Source of the DNA: a virus
IMG/VR virus record: IMGVR_UViG_3300024581_003596
Coordinates: 1-31,748 of that record
Strand: one strand, 5' to 3'
Length of the DNA: 31,748 bases
Part shown: piece after piece, positions 7,892 through 18,583 of the stretch
Layout of the letters: each line of letters starts with the position of its first letter
How positions within the stretch are numbered: the first letter of the stretch is position 1
Position numbers and translations under genes: made by a program
The notes under the pieces: model-generated
The model's input: the letters and a program-made list of their open reading frames with translations, nothing else
Database searches by the model: none
Told to the model about the DNA's origin: nothing

Positions 7892-8251
7892 TTAAGGATT
7901 TTGAGTTTGACAATCAGCACAATCACTATATAATGTAGCTGATAATATTTTTAAACCTCCTGAAGATGTATCGCTACTTACAGTATAACAACCATCGTAA
8001 TTAGAATTTTGAAATTTAACAAAATATACTGAATTTAATGTTAATGTTTCTCCTTCAATATGAACATTATATCTTTTGCTATTTTCGCAATGTTCTAAAA
8101 TATACTTATTAGCACTATTTGGCACTTCAGCATTTACATTGCCTATTCCTTGAGCCCATAAGCTTCCATCGCAACATTTAGTGCTATATGTTCCATCTTT
8201 ACATAGACAAGCTCTATTGCCTCCTAATCTTCCAGATCTACTTGTTTTCAA
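7892..8251 (-). CDS. Cysteine-rich small protein of the head module
   Basis: 119-aa ORF with 8 Cys (CLC, CC, HC, GC, DCADC). It overlaps the protease gene by 14 nt. Confidence 0.55.
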   Translation of the reverse strand: MKTSRSGRLGGNRACLCKDGTYSTKCCDGSLWAQGIGNVNAEVPNSANKYILEHCENSKRYNVHIEGETLTLNSVYFVKFQNSNYDGCYTVSSDTSSGGLKILSATLYSDCADCQTQNP

Positions 8252-9122
8252 TTTCTTTTAGTTTAGATTCTGCCCATCTTTTTCCTGCTTTACCTCCCCA
8301 TAGTAAATAGCTTATATATCCACAATCTTGCTGATCACCTTTCTCATAATATACTTCGGCCCTGCTTAAATAAGAATACATCCGCTTAATTGTTTGTACA
8401 CTTACTGGCTCTTTATTTGCCAACTGCTGTGCTCTTACTTTACCGACTTGAGTAGCACATTTATTATTTACTTTCTTATTTAATTCTATGCCTCTCTTAG
8501 CATTATTACTTACTGCTTGAGGATAATCTCTATATGACTCTGCTTTAATGTCTAAAAGATCTCTTAATGCTTCTACAATTTCTTCTTTATGATCATCTTT
8601 TTTTCCAAAATCATATCTATCGGCAAAATATCCTTCAATGCTAAATCCACGAACAGATCCATTTTTTGCTTTTTTATAAAGCTCATCATCATCTATTTTA
8701 GCTGATACCATCCATGTACCTACAGGCACTTCCATTCCATATAAAGCAGTTTTATCTTTTTCAGTATTTTCTACTATCCATGACTCAACAAATGTGACAC
8801 CATTAATTTTGTCTTTATGTTCAAAAGTAGCATTCTTATGATTAGACTTTTTAAAGAATAATTCTGATGCTTTTCTTACTGTTTTTTTACTAAAATATAT
8901 ATAGTATTCTTCTCCAGCATCATTACGTCTGTAGATACTTTTATCTGGTATTAGAGCTGCACCCATTAAAAGACGTTTTTCTGCGTCTATTTCTTTTAAA
9001 AATAATTCATGTTTATTTAAAGCAATAAAATTGCTTTCTATCGCTGGTTGTTCTACTAGTGATATCGCATCAATTCCAGATGCTTCATCATTCTCATCAA
9101 TTATTAATTCTATTATCTTCAT
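8238..9122 (-). CDS. Prohead protease, XkdF-like, with conserved C-terminal domain
   Basis: 294-aa ORF. Matches the XkdF-like pattern as I recall it: LVEQPAIESNFIAL, LLMGAALIPDK, YYIYFSKKTVRK, NATFEHK, FVESWIVE. The C-terminus (YPQAVSNNAKRG ... LLWGGKAGKRWAESK) is common in phage head proteins. Confidence 0.55.
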   Translation of the reverse strand: MKIIELIIDENDEASGIDAISLVEQPAIESNFIALNKHELFLKEIDAEKRLLMGAALIPDKSIYRRNDAGEEYYIYFSKKTVRKASELFFKKSNHKNATFEHKDKINGVTFVESWIVENTEKDKTALYGMEVPVGTWMVSAKIDDDELYKKAKNGSVRGFSIEGYFADRYDFGKKDDHKEEIVEALRDLLDIKAESYRDYPQAVSNNAKRGIELNKKVNNKCATQVGKVRAQQLANKEPVSVQTIKRMYSYLSRAEVYYEKGDQQDCGYISYLLWGGKAGKRWAESKLKEIENK

Positions 9123-9142
9123 ATTATAATAACTTTATAAAT

Positions 9143-11569
9143 TTATAATGTTGCATTTTGTACTCTATTTCGATCTAATGCTTGACTTGTAGTAACTTCT
9201 CCACTTACTACATAAGCTTGCATGGGCTGCTGCTGAATCTGAGCAAGCTGATTTATTCCACTTTCACCAACTACATTAAATTGAGGAGTTGCAGCTTCAC
9301 CTCCACTAGATAAATCTGTCACTGCAGGAAGATCTCCACCACCACCTTGAAATTGAGTCTTTGCTATAGCTGCAATTTGAGCTGCACCTGCTGCTCCTAT
9401 AGCAACAGCATTAGCAATTCTTAAAGCTTGAACAGGAGTAAAGTCTGTAGTTTCTGCAAATACTTTTGTAATCGCTTGAGCTGTGTTAATAGTTGCTTGT
9501 GCGATACCTACAGCTTTTTGTATTTGAAAAGCTCTTTTCTGTTGTTTCTCGTTACCTTTAGCGAATAACTCAGCGATGTCATTTATAGCAGAAAGACCGC
9601 CTTGTATTACATTTATTTTGTAGTCTTGTAATGCTTGTGCGTCTGCTCTTTCTTTTTTGTCTCGTGCTTCTTTGTCTGCTTGTGCTTTGTCATCTAATGC
9701 TTTTTGATTGTTGTATGCCTCTTCTGCGTATTTTGCCTTAATTTCATTTTCTGCATTTAGACGTGCTATTTCTATTTCTTCAAGAGCTTCTGCATTACCT
9801 TGAGCCATAGCTTGTAATTTGTCATACTTAGTCGCTATTGCTAAAAGTTCGTTTTCTTCATCTGTTCTAAAACGTGCTTTATTTTCTTCTTTGATTTTAT
9901 CAAATTCTGCTTGAAGTTTTAATTCTTCGTCTATTTCTTTCTGATCGTACTTTTCACGAATTTTAGCTTCTGATTGCTCTTGCTGTTCTGTGTATAAATC
10001 GTTTAATTCCTTGCGTTCTGTTAAAGTTAGATTCGTGTTTTTCTCTGCATCTTCACGAAGTCTTCTAAACTTAACTTGATTAAGTTTTAATTCTTTCTCT
10101 ATGCCATCTTCCATCATAGAGTTTTGTATGTCCTCTATTTTTCTTTCGGCATTTAAACGATTTTGAAGATAATTTTTGTAATCGTCTTGCTTCTTTTTAT
10201 TGCTTTCTTTTGCTTTTTGCTCATCATCTCTACGTTGATTTTCTATAAACTCCCTTTGCTTAGTATTTATTTCAACAATAGACTGAAAGTCGTCTTCTCT
10301 TAATTGCTTTTTTAGTCTATTTACATACGCTTCTTGGTCTCTGTAATATTTGTAATATTTTTTAAGATTTTCTTGATTAATAAATATCGAATTATTTTCT
10401 TCGTTGTATTGCTTTTTAAGATTGTTTAGCCTTATAGTTGCGTTAGCTATTACAGTTTTTTGATTTTCTCTAATAGCTTTACGCTCATCTTCAAAACCTT
10501 TAAGAGTTTCCTTAATGATTTTCGCTTGTATTCGTGCCCTCTCCGCATCATTATCAGCAGCCTCTAAATCTAACTCTAAATTCTTTATTCTGTCTTCTCT
10601 ATATCTTGCTTCTAATTTTAACTGCTCTAATCTTCTAGCAATTTGTTTTTTTGTTATTTCTAATTGCTCATTCTGTAAGTCTAATTGTTTTTCTATCTGC
10701 TTTTCTTGCTCAGTATTTAAAATATTTAATTTTTCTAATCCTGCTTTTACTAAGTCAATAGCTGCTATTAATGGCAATAAAGGTAACATGGCAAGTTTTG
10801 CTACTACTCCCATCTTTTTAAATCCATCTATACCACCACCTAGCGCACCTTTTAACTTATCAAAGTTTGCTACTAGCAATCCTATACCAACTACGATCGC
10901 ACCAATACCTGTAGAGATGAGTGCTAATCTAAATACTTTTAATGCACCTGTAGCTGTCCCTGTTACTGCTGCATATGCTGCTGTAGCTGCTGTTAAGGCC
11001 TTAGTCCTTGCACCTTTTAAAGTAAGCATTAAAGCAGATTCTTTTTCTAATGCAGTAGCTACTTGGTTAATGCTATTCATTAATGTTTGAGCAGCTTGTA
11101 ATTTTACTAGTGTTTTTCTTAGCTCTTCACTTTCAACTCCAGTTAAAGCCATAGCACTTTGAATACCACCATAAATAGCAACACCAGTTGCTACTCCTTG
11201 CATGGCACCTTCTAGATTTCTTTGATCATCTGCTAGTCTCTTAGTTTCATTTTGAATATCAACATATCGATCTCTTAATTTAGCAGCTTCTTCTAATGCT
11301 TTTCTTCCAACAGGTGTTTCTCTACCTGCAGATAATGCTATTGACTGATAAGCTTGAATTTGCTTATTCATGTCTCTAACATTTAGAGGTGTTTCTTTAA
11401 CTATTCTATTAATATCCTCTAACTGCTGATCAAATGGCTTACCAGATTTTAAGACAGCATCATATTGCTTCTTAGTGTTGCCAAGTTCTTTATTATAGCT
11501 TTTAAAACTTTGCTCTGCCTTATCAGCATTCTCTTTTATGTTAATATTGATAGTCTTATTTTCAGCCAT
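9143..11569 (-). CDS. Tape-measure-like protein (or internal/ejection protein)
   Basis: 808-aa ORF with long coiled-coil stretches, a hydrophobic Gly-rich block (ISTGIGAIVVGIGLLVANF ... LAMLPLLPLIAAI) and a C-terminus (GGGGDLP ... QPMQAYVVSGEVTTSQ) of the kind seen in tape-measure proteins. Confidence 0.55.
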   Translation of the reverse strand: MAENKTININIKENADKAEQSFKSYNKELGNTKKQYDAVLKSGKPFDQQLEDINRIVKETPLNVRDMNKQIQAYQSIALSAGRETPVGRKALEEAAKLRDRYVDIQNETKRLADDQRNLEGAMQGVATGVAIYGGIQSAMALTGVESEELRKTLVKLQAAQTLMNSINQVATALEKESALMLTLKGARTKALTAATAAYAAVTGTATGALKVFRLALISTGIGAIVVGIGLLVANFDKLKGALGGGIDGFKKMGVVAKLAMLPLLPLIAAIDLVKAGLEKLNILNTEQEKQIEKQLDLQNEQLEITKKQIARRLEQLKLEARYREDRIKNLELDLEAADNDAERARIQAKIIKETLKGFEDERKAIRENQKTVIANATIRLNNLKKQYNEENNSIFINQENLKKYYKYYRDQEAYVNRLKKQLREDDFQSIVEINTKQREFIENQRRDDEQKAKESNKKKQDDYKNYLQNRLNAERKIEDIQNSMMEDGIEKELKLNQVKFRRLREDAEKNTNLTLTERKELNDLYTEQQEQSEAKIREKYDQKEIDEELKLQAEFDKIKEENKARFRTDEENELLAIATKYDKLQAMAQGNAEALEEIEIARLNAENEIKAKYAEEAYNNQKALDDKAQADKEARDKKERADAQALQDYKINVIQGGLSAINDIAELFAKGNEKQQKRAFQIQKAVGIAQATINTAQAITKVFAETTDFTPVQALRIANAVAIGAAGAAQIAAIAKTQFQGGGGDLPAVTDLSSGGEAATPQFNVVGESGINQLAQIQQQPMQAYVVSGEVTTSQALDRNRVQNATL

Positions 11570-11732
11570 TGGATTCTGCTTTTAGTTTTTTTAACATTTG
11601 TTCACGTTTCTTTTGCTTATATATCGCTTTTACTCCTGTTTCATAACTATATAGGCCTTTAGCTATTTGGACATTCTCAGATCCTTCATAAAAGTCATCT
11701 ATTTGTAATAATTCTATTATGTGCTTTATCAT
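11562..11732 (-). CDS. Small hypothetical protein, 56 aa (not in the ORF track)
   Basis: My own translation: MIKHIIELLQIDDFYEGSENVQIAKGLYSYETGVKAIYKQKKREQMLKKLKAESNG. ATGA overlap with the upstream gene and an 8-nt overlap with the downstream gene. Confidence 0.5.
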   Translation of the reverse strand: MIKHIIELLQIDDFYEGSENVQIAKGLYSYETGVKAIYKQKKREQMLKKLKAESNG

Positions 11733-14134
11733 GGATTTTGAGTTAAATAAATTTGTGTTGTTTGTACTATGCCATTTTGGAATGTATATGTAACTGTAAG
11801 AGTATATACAGTTGCATCATTCTGCTCTGTTTTTATTCTATCTACAAGATCTTCAGTATTTATATAATCAGCATTATCTTCTGTTTTTAAAACATTTGTA
11901 TTATCATTAGCTGGCACGCATACTTCAACAAATCCATCGCTTGTTAATGTGCTAGGTGTTATAGTAACTCCAGGATCTGATGTAGTAATATCTGCTTGTA
12001 CACAATTGACTGGCAATAATATTTTAACATCAACACAATTAGCATTACTTGGAATAGGTATTGGTTTTTCTTGAGGTGTATCTGGATCAGATAATACAGG
12101 CCTAAAATCATTGATCAATACAAAATCTACATCTCCGCTATTTAAGTTAGATTTCATAGATTCAATTATATATCTCTTATCTCTTATAATTAATCTATCA
12201 TTTAATCTAAGTTCTGTTAATAAGCTTACAGGTAAATTTGTCTTAACAATAGTTCGTCTATTTTTTAGACTAAATAGATTATTTAAATATCCAAAATAAT
12301 ATTCAGCAAATAATGTATTTTGCTCTGGTACTAAAGTAAATGTGCTTATTTCAGCATTAAAATTTAATGTATAATTTTCACCATTTAATGTCATGTCTTG
12401 ACCAAATGGCATATATTCTGTAAGATCTTGTATAGCTGTAGGAAAGCTTCCATCATCATATCTAAATGTAGCAGATGTTTCATCATACATATACAATAGC
12501 ATAGGCTTAGGAACATAACTATTTAAGTCTTTATTAACTGTATAACCTACTTGTAAATCGGTACCAGTAAACTTATTAAATTGCATGTTTTCAAACGGCT
12601 GCTCGATCTTATATTCTCCACCATCATATGGATATTGAATTTGAGCATCTCCATACTCTCTATTAAACAATTCTCTAAATTGTTGATTTAACAGATTTTC
12701 GCTTGGTTGATATTTAAATACTATATTTTTAAATAGCTTTATTCGATCTACTTTAATACTTTTTATATCAGTATATTGAGTAATATCTACAATAGCACCT
12801 TTAGCATACCAATCATCTAATGGCTCAACTTGATATACATCTTTTTCAATGCCATAACATGTTAGATTAAATTCTTTTAAAACACCATTAAAAAAATCAG
12901 CTACTTTCATATCAGGCAAGTAAGCTATTGGATCAATTTGAGCTTGTACTGTTATTGTAGCAGTATCAGCATAAAATACATTTTGTACTTGAGTAGTAGT
13001 ACCTCCTCCTAGATTAGTTCCTAGTTGCTGGTATTTACATCTAAATTGGATATCTTGAGTTGCTGTAGATCTAAACCTAAAGTATATACTCTTATTTAAT
13101 CCTTGTACATTTAAATCATTAGCTACAATAAACTCTTGAGCTCCACTGCCATCATATGTATTATTCAATACATTATTTATATAAACATCTAAATAATATG
13201 TATCTGATGTGCTTACACTTAATACTTGAATTGATGTTATATGATTAACTTGAACAGGCCCAGGGCTTACTGTTGGAAATAATGTAAACCAATCATAATA
13301 AGTATATGATAAAGTGTCCTCTGTTGTGTTAAAATAATTTAAGTATGTATATGTGCTTTGATTAATTAATTGTCCTCCTGTGATAAAATTAACATCTTGA
13401 GTGCTTGTAAGAAAAGTGAATTCTCTTTTATTCTTGCACCATAAAAAACAATTTTGAAACCTTTTATCTGATAAGAATGCTCCTTGTAAATCTATTCCAT
13501 ATTTTATTTGTATTGCTGCAAATATTCCTGATATTTTTATAGCAGGAAATAGCTCATTATAAGCAATCTCATCTGATCCAGTAGGAGATATATCTGTACT
13601 TGCACCATCACCATATGTTACTATTCTATCTGTAATTATAGGATAACGCATTACATAATTTGTAGATCCATCTGTGATTCTATTTTGTACTTCTGCTCCA
13701 GTAAATGCATGTCCATAACTTGATAGATATGTAAGATCTACTAGTTTTTCATCTCCAAATTTATCTTTTAAACTTGTTACTTCACCATAAAATGTTAGCT
13801 GATAACTATATGCTTGATTATTTTTTATTTCAGCTTTTTCTAATTGAATCTTACCTCTTCTAAATGTAGTATAATCGATCTCTATAAAAGCTTCTTTACG
13901 TATATTAACATCAAACTGTGTAGATACATCTTCTATGTCTCCAAAATCACTATTATAAAAGTATGATAATATATTATCATTATTAGGTGTGCTAGGTACC
14001 GAAAAGCTTTGAGAGTAGTCAGAAAATACTTTAGATATGTCATTAATATCTTGCTGCTTACTTGTGACATTAATCTGCTCATCTTTAAAAAGATCTAATC
14101 TCTGTCCTTCTATAAATACCTGTATCTGTCTCAT
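11729..14134 (-). CDS. Large tail / baseplate structural protein
   Basis: 801-aa ORF in the tail module, translationally coupled on both sides. No catalytic motif recognised. Confidence 0.5.
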   Translation of the reverse strand: MRQIQVFIEGQRLDLFKDEQINVTSKQQDINDISKVFSDYSQSFSVPSTPNNDNILSYFYNSDFGDIEDVSTQFDVNIRKEAFIEIDYTTFRRGKIQLEKAEIKNNQAYSYQLTFYGEVTSLKDKFGDEKLVDLTYLSSYGHAFTGAEVQNRITDGSTNYVMRYPIITDRIVTYGDGASTDISPTGSDEIAYNELFPAIKISGIFAAIQIKYGIDLQGAFLSDKRFQNCFLWCKNKREFTFLTSTQDVNFITGGQLINQSTYTYLNYFNTTEDTLSYTYYDWFTLFPTVSPGPVQVNHITSIQVLSVSTSDTYYLDVYINNVLNNTYDGSGAQEFIVANDLNVQGLNKSIYFRFRSTATQDIQFRCKYQQLGTNLGGGTTTQVQNVFYADTATITVQAQIDPIAYLPDMKVADFFNGVLKEFNLTCYGIEKDVYQVEPLDDWYAKGAIVDITQYTDIKSIKVDRIKLFKNIVFKYQPSENLLNQQFRELFNREYGDAQIQYPYDGGEYKIEQPFENMQFNKFTGTDLQVGYTVNKDLNSYVPKPMLLYMYDETSATFRYDDGSFPTAIQDLTEYMPFGQDMTLNGENYTLNFNAEISTFTLVPEQNTLFAEYYFGYLNNLFSLKNRRTIVKTNLPVSLLTELRLNDRLIIRDKRYIIESMKSNLNSGDVDFVLINDFRPVLSDPDTPQEKPIPIPSNANCVDVKILLPVNCVQADITTSDPGVTITPSTLTSDGFVEVCVPANDNTNVLKTEDNADYINTEDLVDRIKTEQNDATVYTLTVTYTFQNGIVQTTQIYLTQNP

Positions 14135-15216
14135 TACATGATGTTATTGATTAAATCATATGCAAAATCAAAATCAAGAGTATAATTTATCATTCCATTA
14201 TTTAATCCTGTCTGTTTTTGTAAGCTTTTAGTCTTTACTTTTACAGGTGCATAATCAGTATTATTTTCATAATCACATAATAGCACTTTTTCGCTTAGCA
14301 TTAACTGTTGTAATACTTCAGCATAGTTATCATTAACCCATCCTGTATTAAGCTTTATTGACTCTGTTGCATTTATATTAAACTCTTGAATCTGTCTAAT
14401 ATCTTGTGATATATAAGGTATAGTATTAGGATTAAATTTATACTCATTAGCTTTTACATTAATGCTTCTATTCTTTGCTTTTTGAAAAAATATTCTTGAC
14501 CATGATCCATACCTATTTACAAAGTCTACTGTTACTGGTTGATATTTTGGCTCACATTGAGGCTTAAAGTATGCTGTCCATCTTGTAGTACCTCCTACTA
14601 TATATTCTACTTTATTTCCATTAGGTGCATATGTTAGATAGACTCTTGCAAAGCTTTTAACACCATCAGATGCTGCAACATAAGAAATTTGAGATCCATC
14701 AACTAAATCAGTATAACGAATTATATGACCAATACTCATCTGAATATCAAAGCTTCCCCATATTCCATTATTTTGAGCTGTAGATATACTAGCATCATAG
14801 TTATAGAAATATGTTCCTTCATCTAATAATACAGATGGTGCTGATGGGTTATAACCATCTTCAAAATATCCAAAGCCATCTGAGAAAGTACCTGTTATAG
14901 TCGATCCTACTTGAGTATACACACCAGATACTGACTTAAATTTTTTAAGCTCATAATCAACAATATAATTTGAGCTTGTATCTTGATTGTATGTTAATCC
15001 TGTAGCATTTTGCCATTTAGTGAAATTAAAATATTCTCTGATGTAAGGAGATATGTTGTAATAAGTTTCTATCTTGTTAGATGCAGGTATAAGCTTAGAT
15101 AGTGTATAAGTAGCGTTAGAAGTGCCGATATCGCTTCCTAGATATAATTCTATCTTGCTACCAGTTTGCCCTGATTCAGAGATCTCAATTATATGTGGTG
15201 ATCTTGCTAAATTCAT
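14134..15216 (-). CDS. Tail structural protein
   Basis: 360-aa beta-rich ORF between the gp10-like gene and the 801-aa gene. Confidence 0.45.
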   Translation of the reverse strand: MNLARSPHIIEISESGQTGSKIELYLGSDIGTSNATYTLSKLIPASNKIETYYNISPYIREYFNFTKWQNATGLTYNQDTSSNYIVDYELKKFKSVSGVYTQVGSTITGTFSDGFGYFEDGYNPSAPSVLLDEGTYFYNYDASISTAQNNGIWGSFDIQMSIGHIIRYTDLVDGSQISYVAASDGVKSFARVYLTYAPNGNKVEYIVGGTTRWTAYFKPQCEPKYQPVTVDFVNRYGSWSRIFFQKAKNRSINVKANEYKFNPNTIPYISQDIRQIQEFNINATESIKLNTGWVNDNYAEVLQQLMLSEKVLLCDYENNTDYAPVKVKTKSLQKQTGLNNGMINYTLDFDFAYDLINNIM

Positions 15217-15752
15217 TTAGATAAATTATTAATTTGTTTAAAATTTTCTTGTGTTATGCTATTAAATAAAGTTTCTAAATCCTTTACATATTTCTTAGTC
15301 ACTTTTTTAGGTAATTTTTTATAGTATTTTTCAAAAGGCTTTGTAAACCACATTGATGGTTTTATGCCTTTCATCCAGATACTTCTAATAATGGTTCTAG
15401 CTGTCTGATCATAGCTCATGAATTGACCAGTCTCTTTATTTCTAAATTGTATCTGCTTTCTTTGCACCCATTCATTAATGCCTTTAGTTAATCCTCCTGA
15501 TTTTCCACTACCTGTTCCAAATTGATAACCGCTTAAGCTTTCACCACTGCTAACACCTTTAACTCCTCGATCTTGAAAGAATCCATATGACTTCATTTGA
15601 AAAGTGATCTGAATACTATTCTTAGATTCTTTAACATATGATTTAAGGCTTTTTCCTAGCGCGCCAGTATCTTTTGGCAAATTATTTCTTGCCTCTTTTA
15701 TAACTCTATCTCTAAAGTCATCTAATACCTTTTGTACTTCTCCTTTTTTCAT
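15213..15752 (-). CDS. HK97 gp10-like neck / tail-completion protein
   Basis: 179-aa ORF. The N-terminal pattern (VIKEARNNLPKDTGALGKSLKSYV) is typical of the gp10 family. Confidence 0.5.
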   Translation of the reverse strand: MKKGEVQKVLDDFRDRVIKEARNNLPKDTGALGKSLKSYVKESKNSIQITFQMKSYGFFQDRGVKGVSSGESLSGYQFGTGSGKSGGLTKGINEWVQRKQIQFRNKETGQFMSYDQTARTIIRSIWMKGIKPSMWFTKPFEKYYKKLPKKVTKKYVKDLETLFNSITQENFKQINNLSK

Positions 15753-16204
15753 CAGCAGATAGTCATGTCGTTAGGAATTAATATATCGACTGTCATAGTC
15801 CAGCCTGTTAAATTATTCTCCATCCTTTCTGTAAATGGCTCACATGTTGGAGTACCATCTACTTGAAATTTTTCAGTATATAATGCTCCTCTTCTTAAAA
15901 GATCATAACATCTATTTTGAACAGCTAGCATAGTATTAAGTATATATAACTCATTATTATTGCCGTCAAATTTATCTGTAGTTTCAGTCTTAGATGTGTT
16001 TACTATATCCATAGCTAGAATACTAATATTATAACGTATTACATTTTCTTCAAATGTTGCTGTATTTACTATAATATGTACTAAAGGAAATATAGTCTGC
16101 TTATTGAGATCTACGTCAAAAATATCTCCTTGACTTATTGTGCTTACTAGTTCATCACTTTCAAAGTGTGTTTTTAATTTATCTATAATATCAAAATAAT
16201 TCAT
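15752..16204 (-). CDS. Hypothetical neck/head-completion protein
   Basis: 150-aa ORF with an ATGA overlap to the gp10-like gene. The call rests on position only. Confidence 0.4.
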   Translation of the reverse strand: MNYFDIIDKLKTHFESDELVSTISQGDIFDVDLNKQTIFPLVHIIVNTATFEENVIRYNISILAMDIVNTSKTETTDKFDGNNNELYILNTMLAVQNRCYDLLRRGALYTEKFQVDGTPTCEPFTERMENNLTGWTMTVDILIPNDMTIC

Positions 16205-16214
16205 ATTTATTTTT

Positions 16215-16967
16215 TCATTTGTCTTTTAATTTCTCTGTCTTCAATTTCTCTTTTTTCTTTTTCGAAGGTAAGATAGGTAAGACATTGAGTAAGTCGTAAT
16301 TTAGTGACTTCATCATATTTGGATACATCTCCTCCAGCACATTGATAGATGCTTGAATACCATCCCCATTTTTTACTGAATTGGCTTCTTTCTGTATATT
16401 CGCTGAAGCTGTCATCTTCTTCGCTTCTTTCTTCAAATAATGAAGAGTAGCGTTTAATAATTCTATCCCTAAATTTTGAAAAAAAAAACTCGCAGATATA
16501 GCTACATCTAATGGTGCATACTTCATGAGCTCTTGCATATCTTCATTTGGCTCATAATCTACTATGCTATATTTATCCTTGTATTGATCTTTAATTGGTC
16601 TATACATTACAGCCATAGCTTTATGATATGTATCCCAGTTTTGCAAATGGCTTTCTAAGTCTATATATTCTCCAAAGCTTATATTTTCTATATTAGGAAT
16701 AAATCCAAACTTATACTTATCAATACTAAATTCTCTAATTAATTTTGGTCTTTGTTTAAACAGCTTTGTAAAGTGTACTATAAGCTCATTAAGATCTTTC
16801 ATCTTAATATGCATGACATCTTTTAATTCTATTCCACAGAATATTTGAATCATCTTTTGAGCAATAAATTCTTGATCATTGCTCTTATCTTTCATGTCAA
16901 TGAATTTTTGATACCTTGTCAAAGGTATTTCATTTAAGCTTGTAGGAAGTGTTATATCTATTTTCAT
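16215..16967 (-). CDS. Hypothetical late protein
   Basis: 250-aa ORF following TerL. No family recognised. Confidence 0.5.
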   Translation of the reverse strand: MKIDITLPTSLNEIPLTRYQKFIDMKDKSNDQEFIAQKMIQIFCGIELKDVMHIKMKDLNELIVHFTKLFKQRPKLIREFSIDKYKFGFIPNIENISFGEYIDLESHLQNWDTYHKAMAVMYRPIKDQYKDKYSIVDYEPNEDMQELMKYAPLDVAISASFFFQNLGIELLNATLHYLKKEAKKMTASANIQKEANSVKNGDGIQASINVLEEMYPNMMKSLNYDLLNVLPILPSKKKKEKLKTEKLKDK

Positions 16968-17013
16968 ACTCTCTTATATTAATAACTAAATGATTATATT
17001 TTTGTTATCAGTA

Positions 17014-18180
17014 TTACATAACTGAATAACTGCCATAATTTTTATTCAGGCCTAGTGTTTCCATCTCATGATATCTTAAAGCATCAATAGCATGATTAAA
17101 TTGATCTATAGGCTTATTTAATTTTTTGCCTGTTTTATCTACATCCCAGCAGTATGATCTAAATTCTTTGATCAAGTTTGTGCTGTCTTTTGTAACTAGA
17201 TATTCCTGCCTTTGCATGACATCAATACCATAATTAATCGAGTCTCTTCCTTTAGTAGCTCCTTTAATTAATATTCCTGGCATATATCTTCTTATTTCTT
17301 CTATTGATTTTGGCTCAGCACTATCTGCTATAATAGGAACATTTACAGGCAGCATGTTTGCGATATCGCTATTAAGCATCTTTATGTTATATGCTTTTTC
17401 ATTAATTATTCTTTTATCATTCCATTTATATATCTCTATAATAGCTGTAGGATCTACACTATATCCAAAGTCTAATCCTATGCCTATTAATCTTGCTTCT
17501 TCAGGTATTATGTCAATAGTGCTCCAATTACTAAATACTACGCCCTCTAATTGACCCATTTGCCCATGTACATATACTTTTACCCAATTGCGCCAGTAAT
17601 TGCTTGTAGCAGCTTTCTTTATATTCTTCTCTATTTGATCTACTATGCCTTGATCTAGAGCTTCATTATCTTTATATGTCAATATGATCTTATCACTGTC
17701 AGGCTGATCTTCTAATTCTGTCTGCACCCAAAATTCAGCTGTAGGATTATAATCAAGAAAAACCTCATCCTTGGTCCTTATTGACAGCTCATTATATGAT
17801 TCAAATGAGACTGAATTACACTCATTAATATATAAGATATTTCTTCTACCTCCTCTAAGCTTTCTACTATCATCAGCAGAAAAAAACTCTATAAAGCTGC
17901 CATTTGCAAATTCATATTTTAAGAGGCTTTTATTATATCTATCATCATAATATCTGCCAGTAAATTTCATGATCTTTAAGAAGTCTCTTAATGCTCCTCT
18001 ACGCAGATGAGGTATTGATTCAGCTACTATACTTATTTCAACATTAGATTTTTTACATGCTCTATCAATCAAGATCGGGATTATGCCAAAAGTTTTTCCG
18101 GCTGAAGTTCCTCCTTGTACAATTTTAACTCGCTTATTTAGAGCAAGAATTTTATTTATCGCTGTTGTCCTTTGAAACAT
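17014..18180 (-). CDS. terL: Terminase large subunit
   Basis: 388-aa ORF. Walker A motif VQGGTSAGKT, Walker B-like ILYINEC, and a C-terminal nuclease-like half. Preceded by a TerS-like gene. Confidence 0.85.
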   Translation of the reverse strand: MFQRTTAINKILALNKRVKIVQGGTSAGKTFGIIPILIDRACKKSNVEISIVAESIPHLRRGALRDFLKIMKFTGRYYDDRYNKSLLKYEFANGSFIEFFSADDSRKLRGGRRNILYINECNSVSFESYNELSIRTKDEVFLDYNPTAEFWVQTELEDQPDSDKIILTYKDNEALDQGIVDQIEKNIKKAATSNYWRNWVKVYVHGQMGQLEGVVFSNWSTIDIIPEEARLIGIGLDFGYSVDPTAIIEIYKWNDKRIINEKAYNIKMLNSDIANMLPVNVPIIADSAEPKSIEEIRRYMPGILIKGATKGRDSINYGIDVMQRQEYLVTKDSTNLIKEFRSYCWDVDKTGKKLNKPIDQFNHAIDALRYHEMETLGLNKNYGSYSVM

Positions 18181-18583
18181 CTGGAAATAATGGCTGCTCT
18201 ATGTTAGTCTGTTCTATATGTTCTTTAAGAGAATTTAATCTAGCTGTTATACTAGGATTATATTGACCTACCATGCCGCCTTTAATTTGATCATCTCTTA
18301 TTTCTTTTCGTATACGCGTAGAGATGGTACGAAATTTATCATATCGCTTCTCTGTATTCTCTAAATAATGCTTAACAGTAAAGTCAAATTTATTATAACA
18401 ATAGATCTCAAAGCCTTCTATAGTTAATGGAACTTCTAGTGGTTCAGGGATCATATCTCCTGTTCTATGATTTAAATGGTATTTATATCTAGGGTTTTCT
18501 TTAGTATAAGCTTTATAGGCATTGAATATATCTTCTAGCTGCTTAGGATCTTGTATTTTTTTTGGTCTACCTGCTTTTGCCAT
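18152..18583 (-). CDS. terS: Terminase small subunit
   Basis: 143-aa ORF. N-terminus AKAGRPKK, then EVPLTIEGFEIYC, a pattern typical of small terminases. It overlaps terL. Confidence 0.6.
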   Translation of the reverse strand: MAKAGRPKKIQDPKQLEDIFNAYKAYTKENPRYKYHLNHRTGDMIPEPLEVPLTIEGFEIYCYNKFDFTVKHYLENTEKRYDKFRTISTRIRKEIRDDQIKGGMVGQYNPSITARLNSLKEHIEQTNIEQPLFPDVSKDNSDK

